A program made the translations under genes and the position numbers. A stretch of 64,000 nt of DNA from an uncultured candidatus Porisulfidus sp. (lineage in GTDB: Bacteria; Pseudomonadota; Gammaproteobacteria; Poriferisulfidales; Oxydemutatoraceae): the NCBI GenBank assembly GCA_965215125.1, contig OZ244052.1:832713-896712 (forward strand), read 5' to 3'. Below, piece after piece: positions 52,281-61,271 of the stretch. The stretch's first letter is position 1. Each line of letters starts with the position of its first letter. The notes under the pieces are model-generated. The model made no database searches. It was not told the DNA's origin and saw nothing but the letters and a program-made list of their open reading frames with translations.

Positions 52281-53981
52281 TTAATTTCTAGTACGTTCTA
52301 TGGGTTTGGTTGTGTTGGATATCACCTGTGCACCTAATTTTTTTTGCAGTGCCTGTACATTGGGATCCTCCCGAATAGATATTTCGGCATCGTGTTGCTT
52401 TTGCCGATTTATTTTTTCATCTTCGGAAATCGGTGTTGCGTCGGGTGTGGCATATTTGAATGTTAATTCTATATCGGTGCCGTTAAGTTGTTTAAGTTTA
52501 TTCAATATCTCTGTTTTGATATCTTCGGTGCATAAATTTTTAATATCGGGAGGGATTTCCATCGTTGCTTGATTATCGGACTCAATGGCTATCGACGAGT
52601 TAAGACATATTCCGAGAGCCGCACCTTTGAGTCCCGATGCTTCTACATAGTGCCGCCAGTCGTCTATGCTTTTGCAACCCAAAAGACTCTTTTGCCTTAC
52701 CGGTGTGTCATGAGTGGTTAGGGAGTTGTCCGAGTTTTGTGTATTTTTGTTTGTATGAGATACTTCGGCGACGGCATCGGTCGGTGGTTCGGATTTGGGT
52801 GTAGTGGTTTTTTTAGTGCGCGCGCCCGCTTTGGGTGTAGTAGCACCTGTGGTTGCTTGGGTTTGCTTTGGCGTAGGTTGAGAGACTGATTCTGCATGGA
52901 GCGGCACGAAACACACCATTTTCAGCAGGGTCATCTCAAAAGTAGCTTTATAATCCGAGACCACTGCCAGATCACGTTTGGCAGCCAATGCAAACTGATA
53001 ATATAATTGCGTGTCCTCCGGCTTAAGCGCGGTTGCCAGTGCAGCAACATCCGCCTCCTCAAATTGAGGCGTCAATTCGGCTTTGGGCAATGCTTGTCGC
53101 AATGCGACTTGATGTAATAAAGCAATCAACTCTCTGAGCACATCGTTAAAATCCACACCCGCTTGATAAATCTCTTCGCTCGTATCAATCACGCCGGCTA
53201 TATCCTGATCGGCAACGCGCTTGAGCAGGCTTGCAACCTGCGCTCTGGATGCGGTACCCAACATGGTCTTTACTTCTTTATCTTTAAGCGCGCCGTTTCC
53301 GTAAGAGATCGCTTGATCCAATAGGCTTAGTGCATCTCGCACACTACCGTCGGCAGCAACGGCAATTTCGTTCAGTGCATTTTCTTCAAACGCAATTTCT
53401 TCTTTGTTGAGCATTTTGGCAAGATAATCTCTAATGGCAATATAAGTCAGGCGCAATAGATTGAATTGCAAACAACGCGATAAGATCGTCACCGGTATCT
53501 TTTGCGGGTGTGTGGTTGCAAAGAAAAATTTTATATGCTCGGGTGGCTCTTCCAAAGTTTTGAGCAATGCGTTGAAGCTACTGATAGACAACATATGCAC
53601 CTCGTCTATTAGATAGATTTTATAAGTGCCGACATTCGGCGCATAGGGAACATTGTCCAGTAGCTCGCGCATGTTTTCCACACCGGTACGCGATGCCGCA
53701 TCGACCTCGATCAAATCCACATAGCGACCTGCATCGGTTTGCTCGCAGGCGGCACATTGATTACACGGGGTCGCACTGACACCCGCTTCGCAGTTAAAAC
53801 ATTTAGCAAGTATTCTGGCTAAAGTCGTTTTGCCTACGCCGCGCGTGCCACTGAACAAATAGGCGTGATGTAGCCGACCGAGAGATAAAGCATTTTGTAA
53901 TGCTTGAACGATATGCTGTTGCCCCACGACCTCCTCAAAAGTACGCGGCCGCCATTTGCGCGCAAGAACCTGATAACTCAT
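52281..53981 (-). CDS. dnaX: DNA polymerase III subunits gamma and tau
   Basis: 566 aa; the AAA+ clamp-loader start YQVLARKWRPRTFEEVVGQQH, Walker A GTRGVGKTT, zinc module CxxC..C..C, SRC motif. Confidence 0.9.
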   Translation of the reverse strand: MSYQVLARKWRPRTFEEVVGQQHIVQALQNALSLGRLHHAYLFSGTRGVGKTTLARILAKCFNCEAGVSATPCNQCAACEQTDAGRYVDLIEVDAASRTGVENMRELLDNVPYAPNVGTYKIYLIDEVHMLSISSFNALLKTLEEPPEHIKFFFATTHPQKIPVTILSRCLQFNLLRLTYIAIRDYLAKMLNKEEIAFEENALNEIAVAADGSVRDALSLLDQAISYGNGALKDKEVKTMLGTASRAQVASLLKRVADQDIAGVIDTSEEIYQAGVDFNDVLRELIALLHQVALRQALPKAELTPQFEEADVAALATALKPEDTQLYYQFALAAKRDLAVVSDYKATFEMTLLKMVCFVPLHAESVSQPTPKQTQATTGATTPKAGARTKKTTTPKSEPPTDAVAEVSHTNKNTQNSDNSLTTHDTPVRQKSLLGCKSIDDWRHYVEASGLKGAALGICLNSSIAIESDNQATMEIPPDIKNLCTEDIKTEILNKLKQLNGTDIELTFKYATPDATPISEDEKINRQKQHDAEISIREDPNVQALQKKLGAQVISNTTKPIERTRN

Positions 53982-54001
53982 TTATTTGATGATGACAGAA
54001 A

Positions 54002-54110
54002 AGCCTCCCGCGACCGCCGATCTTCGGCACCCAGTTGCATTGCTACCGTTGCTTCCTTCCGAACCTGGCGGGGTTCACAACAAACTGCCGCGAAGGAGCC
54101 GTCGCGAAAG
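54002..54110 (-). ncRNA. ffs: 4.5S RNA / signal recognition particle RNA (ffs)
   Basis: The minus-strand sequence contains CCAGGUUCGGAAGGAAGCAACGG matching the universally conserved SRP RNA domain IV (E. coli AGGUCCGGAAGGAAGCAGCC); the flanking arms can pair (CGCGAC...GUCGCG); position immediately upstream of dnaX matches the common ffs-dnaX linkage; ends approximate. Confidence 0.65.
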
Positions 54111-54212
54111 ACCAGTATATTATACCGTATCTAGACCCACCGCGTCATTAATATTTCCCTCCTGTGGCGAGGAGTTGCGGAAGTGTCTGCACGAGTATAG
54201 TACTGGTTCATT

Positions 54213-55370
54213 TTGGCTCAAAGTGTTAAAATTGTAGGTGAGATGGGTATTTCTGGGGCGGCACAAACACGCTTAAATGCGATGTTAAAAAAATTTCAGA
54301 CACTGGCGCAAAGTCAGGTCGGGTACCCCTGCAATCAGAAATTCGATTATTCGGAACTATCGGTTTTTATACGCTATTGTCTGAACAATGTCGGCGACCC
54401 CTTTCACAAAAGCAATTTTCTCAGCAACACCCACCAAATAGAACGGGAAGTTATCGCCGAGTTCGCCGACTTGATGCACCTGCCACAAGCGCAGGCATGG
54501 GGCTACGTTACGTCCGGCGGCACCGAAGGCAATATGTACGGTTTGTATTTGGGACGCGAGTTATATCCGAAGGGTGTCGTGTATTTTTCGCAAGATACGC
54601 ACTACAGCATACTCAAAATTTTGCATGTGCTCAATGTGCGCAACATCATGATCAAAAGCCAAGATAACGGTGAAATAGATTACGACGACCTTTACGAGAC
54701 CATACGCATACACCGAGATGTCCCGGTAATTTTCATGGCGAATATCGGAACGACGATGAAGGGTGCGGTTGACGACTTGAGCAAGGTGCATAACATATTG
54801 AGCGATTTAACGGTCAACAATTTCTACATACATGCCGACGCTGCGTTAAGCGGCATGATCTTGGCTTTCGTCGACGACCCGCAACCCTACGACTTTGATG
54901 CCGGCATAGACAGCATAGCAATCAGCGGTCATAAATTAATCGGTGCGCCGTTGCCGTGCGGCGTGGTGCTGACCCGCCGCGATTATGTCAACCGTATCGC
55001 CCGTGCGATTGAATATGTCGGTGTTTTAGATACTACTTTGCCGGGGTCGCGCAACGCATTAACGCCCTTGATGTTGTGGTATGCGTTTGAGAAGTACGGT
55101 CGCGCCGGCTTTAAGAGCGTAGTGGCAGACATGCTTGCGGTTGCCGAGTATGCGGTGTTGCGTTTCAACAAATTCGGTGTCAAAGCGTGGCGCAACAAAA
55201 ACTCGGTCACGGTCGTCATTCCTAAACCTTCGGACACATTTCTGCACAACTGGCAAGTTGCCTCGGAAGGAGACATTGCCCATATCATCACCATGCCCCA
55301 TGTGGATCGCACGCTTGTAGACCGACTGGTGGATGAATATGTAAAAGACAGACAGACACAAGCGGCATAG
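54213..55370 (+). CDS. PLP-dependent group II decarboxylase, histidine decarboxylase-like
   Basis: 385 aa; the Gram-negative HDC-like size and motifs WGYVTSGGTEGNMYGLYLGRE and the PLP-lysine region SGHKLIGAPLPCGVVL; an alternative start upstream is possible. Confidence 0.55.
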   Translation: MAQSVKIVGEMGISGAAQTRLNAMLKKFQTLAQSQVGYPCNQKFDYSELSVFIRYCLNNVGDPFHKSNFLSNTHQIEREVIAEFADLMHLPQAQAWGYVTSGGTEGNMYGLYLGRELYPKGVVYFSQDTHYSILKILHVLNVRNIMIKSQDNGEIDYDDLYETIRIHRDVPVIFMANIGTTMKGAVDDLSKVHNILSDLTVNNFYIHADAALSGMILAFVDDPQPYDFDAGIDSIAISGHKLIGAPLPCGVVLTRRDYVNRIARAIEYVGVLDTTLPGSRNALTPLMLWYAFEKYGRAGFKSVVADMLAVAEYAVLRFNKFGVKAWRNKNSVTVVIPKPSDTFLHNWQVASEGDIAHIITMPHVDRTLVDRLVDEYVKDRQTQAA

Positions 55371-55384
55371 GGAGAACTCGTATC

Positions 55385-55777
55385 GTGAAAAGAATTATTA
55401 TCATGGCCGAAAACAGGGTCGGAGTTATCGCCGACATCGGCAAAGTACTAGCCGACGATAAGATCAACATAGAGGCGTTGGATGCCGAAAGTACCGGAGA
55501 CGACGGCATCGTTATATTGATGACCGATGATCCCGACGGTGCTTTACACGCATTGACATACGCCGGGTTTAAGGCAGTGAGCGACGAGGCATTGATCCTC
55601 AAATTGAAGGACGAACCGGGGGCACTCGCTAAAGTTGCCGAGCAATTCAAACAAGCCAATCTCAATATACGCAGTTTTCACATACTCGGTCGCAAAGCGG
55701 GCTATTCTATGGTTGCGTTGACTACCGACGATAGAGCAAAAGCTCAAGCACTCATAGACGACAAATACATCATATAA
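55385..55777 (+). CDS. tandem ACT-domain protein
   Basis: 130 aa; two ACT-like beta-alpha-beta-beta-alpha-beta units (RVGVIADIGKVLADDKINIEALDAES...; EPGALAKVAEQFKQANLNIRSFHILGR); 14 bp after the decarboxylase gene. Confidence 0.55.
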   Translation: MKRIIIMAENRVGVIADIGKVLADDKINIEALDAESTGDDGIVILMTDDPDGALHALTYAGFKAVSDEALILKLKDEPGALAKVAEQFKQANLNIRSFHILGRKAGYSMVALTTDDRAKAQALIDDKYII

Positions 55778-55782
55778 ACACA

Positions 55783-55960
55783 TGGGGCTGTTGAAAAAGT
55801 ATTTCATACATCATAGGGGCGGACTTGCATGTCAGCCCGTAACGCGTTATGCCTGCACGATTTATACATTCATTCATCCAATTTATGGAAACCAAAACCA
55901 TACGGCGCAAACGGTTAAGTTTGTGCAAAACGGTACTTTTTCAACAGCCTCACATCACTA
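55783..55960. repeat. inverted-repeat (MITE-like) element
   Basis: Left arm atggggctgttgaaaaagtatttcat; right arm acggtactttttcaacagcctcacat (16-bp perfect arms ggctgttgaaaaagta); a spacer of about 125 bp; the same arm sequence occurs singly at 49590. Confidence 0.6.
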
Positions 55961-55961
55961 G

Positions 55962-56405
55962 ATGAAAAAAACGCAAGACTCGGTTGACCCGTTTGCCGAA
56001 GTCAACCGCAACCGATCTATCCTTGAAGTGAGTATGCAAATACAAAAAATCGCACAACACTATCGTTTTGATTGGCGCAATGCAAAGGGTGTGATTGCCA
56101 AACTCTACGAGGAACTGGAAGAGATAATTGAAGCGGACACCGACACGCCCGAGCGGGAACAGCGTATTGAGGAGGAACTGGGAGACTTTTTATTTACTGC
56201 GATAAGTCTGGCTCGGCACTATTCCATAGACCCCGAGGTTGCCTTGGACGAGGCTAACCGTAAGTTTGAACGTCGCTTTGAAAAAATGGTAGAGATTATA
56301 AAGGATAACGGTTCAACTATCGGCCGTGCCACCAAAGAACAGATGGAAGATGCCTGGCACAAAGCAAAGGAACAGGAAAAAGAATCGGTTGAGGCGAACC
56401 CATAG
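55962..56405 (+). CDS. MazG-like nucleoside triphosphate pyrophosphohydrolase domain protein
   Basis: 147 aa; the EExxE...ELGD MazG signature (LYEELEEIIEA...EEELGDFLFTAISLARH). Confidence 0.65.
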   Translation: MKKTQDSVDPFAEVNRNRSILEVSMQIQKIAQHYRFDWRNAKGVIAKLYEELEEIIEADTDTPEREQRIEEELGDFLFTAISLARHYSIDPEVALDEANRKFERRFEKMVEIIKDNGSTIGRATKEQMEDAWHKAKEQEKESVEANP

Positions 56406-56458
56406 GTTCGCCTCTGCGCAAGCGATGTTTCTTATGCTTACTTAACGCAAGTCTTGCC

Positions 56459-56980
56459 CTAAAAGGGCAGACCGTGTCCCATACCGCCGCCGATCATGCA
56501 CATCAGCATCGGTATAGAAAGCAAAGTGTTGGTACGAGATGCCATCAGTGCCTTCTTCTTGGCTGTGGCTTTCTCTTCGTCGCTGGCTTGTATGCCGCCG
56601 ATGCCCAATACCTTTTTCTGGTTCGGCCAAATAATGCCCCATACATTGAGCAACATAATAGTACCGAGCCATGCGCCTACGCCGATAACCTCATAGGGCG
56701 CACTAAGCAAAAATACTTTCGTGGTGCTTCCGCCACCGTAGACAATTTCTATTGCGGCAGCACCGGTAAGCCAGGTAAGCAAGGCACCGTAACGAAACCA
56801 TGCAAGTGCTCGCGGCGCAACATATTTGTTGATTGCAGCCGGGCCGGGACCGTCTTTGTCGTTCATCGCTTCGGCAACCGCCGGTACTTGTACGAAATTA
56901 AAATAATAGAGCAAACCTATCCAAATAATTCCGACGAATACGTGTAGCCACACGATTAAAGAACTCATGTTCATATCCAT
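56459..56980 (-). CDS. hypothetical integral membrane protein (possibly HemJ/CopD-like)
   Basis: 173 aa, 4-5 TM helices; the N-terminus LIVWLHVFVGIIWIGLLYYFNF is loosely reminiscent of HemJ-type proteins; weak. Confidence 0.3.
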   Translation of the reverse strand: MDMNMSSLIVWLHVFVGIIWIGLLYYFNFVQVPAVAEAMNDKDGPGPAAINKYVAPRALAWFRYGALLTWLTGAAAIEIVYGGGSTTKVFLLSAPYEVIGVGAWLGTIMLLNVWGIIWPNQKKVLGIGGIQASDEEKATAKKKALMASRTNTLLSIPMLMCMIGGGMGHGLPF

Positions 56981-57278
56981 AATGATATCTCCTTATGTCC
57001 GAGACACTAAAGAATTAAACTAATTATCACCGCCAAAATAAAGCCGGCGATAATTGTTCCGGTGATAGAGTCAAGTGGGTTCATAACACCTCCTCTTTGT
57101 TAAGTGGGTTTAGCCGACGATTATATCACAACACCGTAAATTTAATATTAAGAATGAAATTGTACAAAATGATGCCAATCTACTTTTGAGAAACTAAATT
57201 CTTTATGTCAATTTCAGATATTGAGTTTATTTTTGCTTTACAATATCTAATTATTGTTTTACAGAGGAGGAATTAAAT

Positions 57279-57917
57279 ATGTACCCCAAAAAAATTTTTA
57301 TTGTGCTCATTTTGGTCACGATGTTTGCCACAGGTGTCGCAGAGGCTCGGTTCGGTTCGGCACCCGAAGGTTGGCCGTGTGTACAAGGCTATGTTGCCGA
57401 AGTCTCGGCAGGTGCATTTTGGACCGGTGAATTGCCCGCTAGCGAAGCCGTAGCAAACAACGAAGCATTGATGAGATTGGTGGAGGAAGCGAGTGATAGG
57501 ACTATTTCTTATGAACAAAGCCTCGATAAGATAAAGGCTTTCTTAGATCAACTTGAAGGAAGTAGCCCCGAACATAAGCAGGAACAAGCCGCCTTACTAA
57601 TAGTCGCATTGACCGACTCAATCAACGGCAAACGTGTAAAAGTATTAAAAGGAATAGACCGCTTCAGTAAACGCCAACAAATGATGATTACCCGCATAGA
57701 AGACCAAGATAACAAGATAAGGGCTATTAAAAACGGCGAAACTTCGGAGAACGGTTCGGCACTTGCAGATTTAGAGGATCGTCAAATGTGGGACATTCGT
57801 GTTTTTGAGGAGCGCGAGTTCCAGAAAAATTATCTTTGTGAACAAGCGGTTTTACTCGAACAAAGATTTTTCTTTTTAGGGCGCGATATTGTTGCTTGGC
57901 TTGAAGACAGCGAGTAA
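57279..57917 (+). CDS. secreted hypothetical protein
   Basis: 212 aa; RBS GGAGGAATTAAATATG; N-terminal signal peptide (KKIFIVLILVTMFATGVAEA); charged coiled-coil-rich mature part. Confidence 0.4.
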   Translation: MYPKKIFIVLILVTMFATGVAEARFGSAPEGWPCVQGYVAEVSAGAFWTGELPASEAVANNEALMRLVEEASDRTISYEQSLDKIKAFLDQLEGSSPEHKQEQAALLIVALTDSINGKRVKVLKGIDRFSKRQQMMITRIEDQDNKIRAIKNGETSENGSALADLEDRQMWDIRVFEEREFQKNYLCEQAVLLEQRFFFLGRDIVAWLEDSE

Positions 57918-57959
57918 TTTCCGGCGTATAAAATTTATAAGCGTGTGATACCAACAGGT

Positions 57960-58448
57960 TTATTGATTGGATAGCTTGTTGGGTGGTGGGTCATCGTTTG
58001 TAACCGGAGGGCACTTTATGCTTTCAAAGCCTACTAAAGCGATATTAAATGTCGGGGTTCTTATCGGCACACGATTATCGTAAAGCCAGTTATATTGTAT
58101 GTTGTAGGCTTGCACTTCTCTTGCCTTCCAAGTCAGGCAGTCGTTTTCCAGAGACGGTATGTTGTGTTTATACTGCACATAATGAACTAATTCGTGTAGC
58201 AAGATACCACGCGCTTGCATGTTGTTTTGAACATCCAGCGTATTTTTAAGATATACAGTCTCGTCTTCGTTGGAAAACCAGCCTAGTACATTTCCGCACG
58301 ACTCACCGTCGCAGGCCTTGGCTTCAATTTGCGTTTGCGGTACAAACCGAACTTCCGGAGCGGCGATTTGCGAATCGGTGATATACATGGCAGTATTGAT
58401 ATATACCATCAATGCACTGACGATTGCTTGTAGTGAAGTTAACTCCAT
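57960..58448 (-). CDS. small secreted HExxH zinc-metallopeptidase-like protein
   Basis: 162 aa; hydrophobic N-terminus; LHELVHYVQ contains HExxH. Confidence 0.4.
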   Translation of the reverse strand: MELTSLQAIVSALMVYINTAMYITDSQIAAPEVRFVPQTQIEAKACDGESCGNVLGWFSNEDETVYLKNTLDVQNNMQARGILLHELVHYVQYKHNIPSLENDCLTWKAREVQAYNIQYNWLYDNRVPIRTPTFNIALVGFESIKCPPVTNDDPPPNKLSNQ

Positions 58449-58461
58449 TATTCCGATTCCT

Positions 58462-59271
58462 TTATGCAGCGATTACAGGCCATTGCGATTCGTATATTTT
58501 TTTTCTCGAATCTATCGCTTTGGCAAATAATACGTCATCGCTTTCGGTAGCTAGATAAGAAAAATCAAAGCTTGGATTCTCGCTGAAAGAGATATCACCT
58601 TCAACTGCAAACACGACTTCGTCAAGGCGATTTTTAATCTCCACCTTTTCAATATAGTGCGGAGGAATAAAAAGAAGTGTTTGCTGGTCTTTTTGTAGAC
58701 CCGAGTAATTAGGATGTGTGATGACAAGATGAAGATCGCGCATTTTTGGATTGTTGGTCGCCTCGTCTTGTATCAGTTGCATTTTCCCCATAGTCAGTTT
58801 AGACATAGGGTCAACTTCCATCGGTGGCGCAGAACACCCGCCGGAAGCTTTAACAAAAGTCTTATTCATATAAAGTTTGCCGTCGTTGGTTTCCGAGACT
58901 ACGCGGACATTACTATAAGTATTGACACGGATACGAGTTGATATATCTGCCGTACCGTTTTTCGGCGATAAAGAAAATTTGGCTGCGACCGGAGACGGGT
59001 TCTCGTCGACTATCAAATGGTGGTTTTTAATAAATTTGTCTGTTTCTTGCGGAAAGCGCGAGGCAATCGTTATCGGCACATCACCGCCGTTAGGAGGACG
59101 CTCGGGTGCTATAACCGAAATCCATTGACTTCCGTCATCCACAGGACGGTCCTGAAACAGAAAATTGCGAATATCCGTCCATGCTTGTTCTTGTTCTGCC
59201 CAGACATTTCCGAACTTAGCGGCGATACCCGTTGCAGCACTATACATTAAAAATTTGCGTCTGCTAATCAT
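58462..59271 (-). CDS. Tat-exported SoxY-SoxZ-like fusion protein (putative covalent sulfur carrier)
   Basis: 269 aa; twin-arginine signal SRRKFLMYSAATGIAA; mid-protein GGC motif (KTFVKASGGCSAPP) like the SoxY C-terminal GGCGG swinging arm, followed by a second beta-rich domain of about 110 aa. Confidence 0.35.
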   Translation of the reverse strand: MISRRKFLMYSAATGIAAKFGNVWAEQEQAWTDIRNFLFQDRPVDDGSQWISVIAPERPPNGGDVPITIASRFPQETDKFIKNHHLIVDENPSPVAAKFSLSPKNGTADISTRIRVNTYSNVRVVSETNDGKLYMNKTFVKASGGCSAPPMEVDPMSKLTMGKMQLIQDEATNNPKMRDLHLVITHPNYSGLQKDQQTLLFIPPHYIEKVEIKNRLDEVVFAVEGDISFSENPSFDFSYLATESDDVLFAKAIDSRKKIYESQWPVIAA

Positions 59272-59333
59272 GTCGTTCTCCCTAATTATGTAAAGTGAAT
59301 AAAAGCCTTTTCAAGTATACCACAAATAAATAA

Positions 59334-59470
59334 AACCGCCGATTGAGCCAGTAGGTCAATCGGCGTAACTTTTTACAAAACCTGAATATTGTGTCCATTA
59401 GGAATGTTACATATATCAAAATCAATCGGCGCGACCTCGTGCAGAACCTTAACATGGGTGTGTAGGGCCG
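59334..59470. repeat. repeat-family copy (two module a copies)
   Basis: aaaccgccgattgagccagtaggtcaatcggcgtaactttttacaaaacc ... caatcggcgcgacctcgtgcagaaccttaacatgggtgtgtagggc. Confidence 0.75.
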
Positions 59471-59620
59471 GATATATCAAACAAAGCTATCGCATTCTAA
59501 TAGTTTGCTACAATAACTACTCGGACCCCTCTTTTGAGTCTCGCATCCGGTAGACTTAAATAATTAATAGGGGTTTCGTGAAAATATATTTACTTTATCT
59601 TGATTAGAGGAGGAAAGATC

Positions 59621-60031
59621 ATGTTGAATAAATACTATAAAGTTTTTATAACCCTAGTTTGTGCTTCTTTGTTATCGGTTGCCTGCATGCATTCCGACAA
59701 CGAGACTATCCCGAATTTGGCCGGGGAGTGGAAAGGAGTCAATCACACTATATCCGACGCCAAAGGATATTCAGAATGGGAGAAAACAGTGACGATTAGC
59801 GAGCAGCGGGATCGTCGGTTCAAAGGCTACTTTGAATATAGCGAAGGCACTATAAACTTCTCGGGTGTGATTTTCGGTGATAACACATCTTTTGCGTGGA
59901 CATCCGAAAATAGCCAAGGCTACAATGTAGGAAGAGTACTCGGAGATAATAAAATCAGTGCGTGTTATGTAGAGTCCGGAGAGCAAGCGACCGCAGGCTG
60001 TGCCGAAATGACTCGCGCCTCCATGCCTTAA
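59621..60031 (+). CDS. hypothetical lipoprotein
   Basis: Lipoprotein signal MLNKYYKVFITLVCASLLSVAC (lipobox LSVAC); RBS GGAGGAAAG; start chosen at the second Met of track ORF 59600..60031. Confidence 0.4.
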   Translation: MLNKYYKVFITLVCASLLSVACMHSDNETIPNLAGEWKGVNHTISDAKGYSEWEKTVTISEQRDRRFKGYFEYSEGTINFSGVIFGDNTSFAWTSENSQGYNVGRVLGDNKISACYVESGEQATAGCAEMTRASMP

Positions 60032-60180
60032 CGCAACAACCGAATCCGTGTGGGGCTATTGTGCAAGGGAGGGTGTTAACCCTCCCCTACACGCATCGGG
60101 TAACGCATATTAGCAATGTCGGATTTGTAATAACTGCCTTGCATAGAATACGGTTGATATTCAAAGTGCAATGATAGGGC

Positions 60181-61170
60181 ATGAAGCGTAGAACATTTTT
60201 GAGTGTCGGGGCGAGCCTAATAATGTTGTCTATGATCGACCTAAAGCGTGGTTTTGGTTCGCCTCGACCCAAAGTCGGCATGGTCTACGATCCGTTATTT
60301 TCCGAAGATTGGCGCGTACACGACCATCCGGAATCGCCTATGCGCTACCGGTCAATAATCGACGGTTTCGAGCAAAACGACATATTGAGGCAAACTTCAA
60401 AAATAGAATTATTAGACGAAATTGAGCCTTCATTGCTGACGGTACATAATAAAAAACATATTGATACGATTAGAAAATTTTATGTTTATGCGCACGATGT
60501 TGCGTCGGCAGCGGTTGGTGCCGGATTGGCTGCTGTCGACGCAGTTTGTAGCGGTACGCACAATAGCGTTTTTTGTGCCGTACGCCCGCCGGGTCATCAC
60601 GCCTTAAATACCGGCCGGGAGGAAGGCTTTTGTTTTTATAACAATGTTGCCGTCGCCGCGCGTTATGCACAAAACAAATATAAGCGTAAGAAAGTCTTAA
60701 TCGTAGACTGGGATTACCATCACGGCAACGGTACGGAGGCAGTATTTTACGAGGATCCGTCGGTGCTTTTTTTCTCCACACACGATTATCGCGCTTATCC
60801 GGGAACCGGAAATCCGACCAGAGTCGGTGCCGATAAAGGCAAAGGATACAATATCAATGTGCATTTGGATTGTGGCGCAAACGATGAGGATATTATCAAT
60901 GCATTCAACGACATATTGATTCCTGCTGCGCACCGCTTCAAACCCGACTTGATATTGATATCGGCAGGATTTGATAGTCGCAAAGACGATTTATTGGGTT
61001 GCTTCGACATTAGCGACGAGGGTTTTGCTCGGTTGACGCATATCGTGCGTAATCTTGCAGACGAATACTGCGACGGATGTATGGTATCATTACTGGAAGG
61101 GGGGTATAGTTTATCGGGACTGGCAAATGCCACGGTCGCACACCTGAAAGCGATGCTCGATATGTCCTGA
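60181..61170 (+). CDS. histone deacetylase-family amidohydrolase (AcuC/Aph-like)
   Basis: 329 aa; the HDAC signature VDWDYHHGNGTE, FSTHD, and ISAGFD. Confidence 0.8.
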   Translation: MKRRTFLSVGASLIMLSMIDLKRGFGSPRPKVGMVYDPLFSEDWRVHDHPESPMRYRSIIDGFEQNDILRQTSKIELLDEIEPSLLTVHNKKHIDTIRKFYVYAHDVASAAVGAGLAAVDAVCSGTHNSVFCAVRPPGHHALNTGREEGFCFYNNVAVAARYAQNKYKRKKVLIVDWDYHHGNGTEAVFYEDPSVLFFSTHDYRAYPGTGNPTRVGADKGKGYNINVHLDCGANDEDIINAFNDILIPAAHRFKPDLILISAGFDSRKDDLLGCFDISDEGFARLTHIVRNLADEYCDGCMVSLLEGGYSLSGLANATVAHLKAMLDMS

Positions 61171-61271
61171 CTAACTGTGCTCGGTGCCCTTTTCATTGAT
61201 ATATCCGACTGCCAAACACAGCTACAATGAGGAAATAGTACCGACTTTATAACACTGATAAAGGAGTAAAG

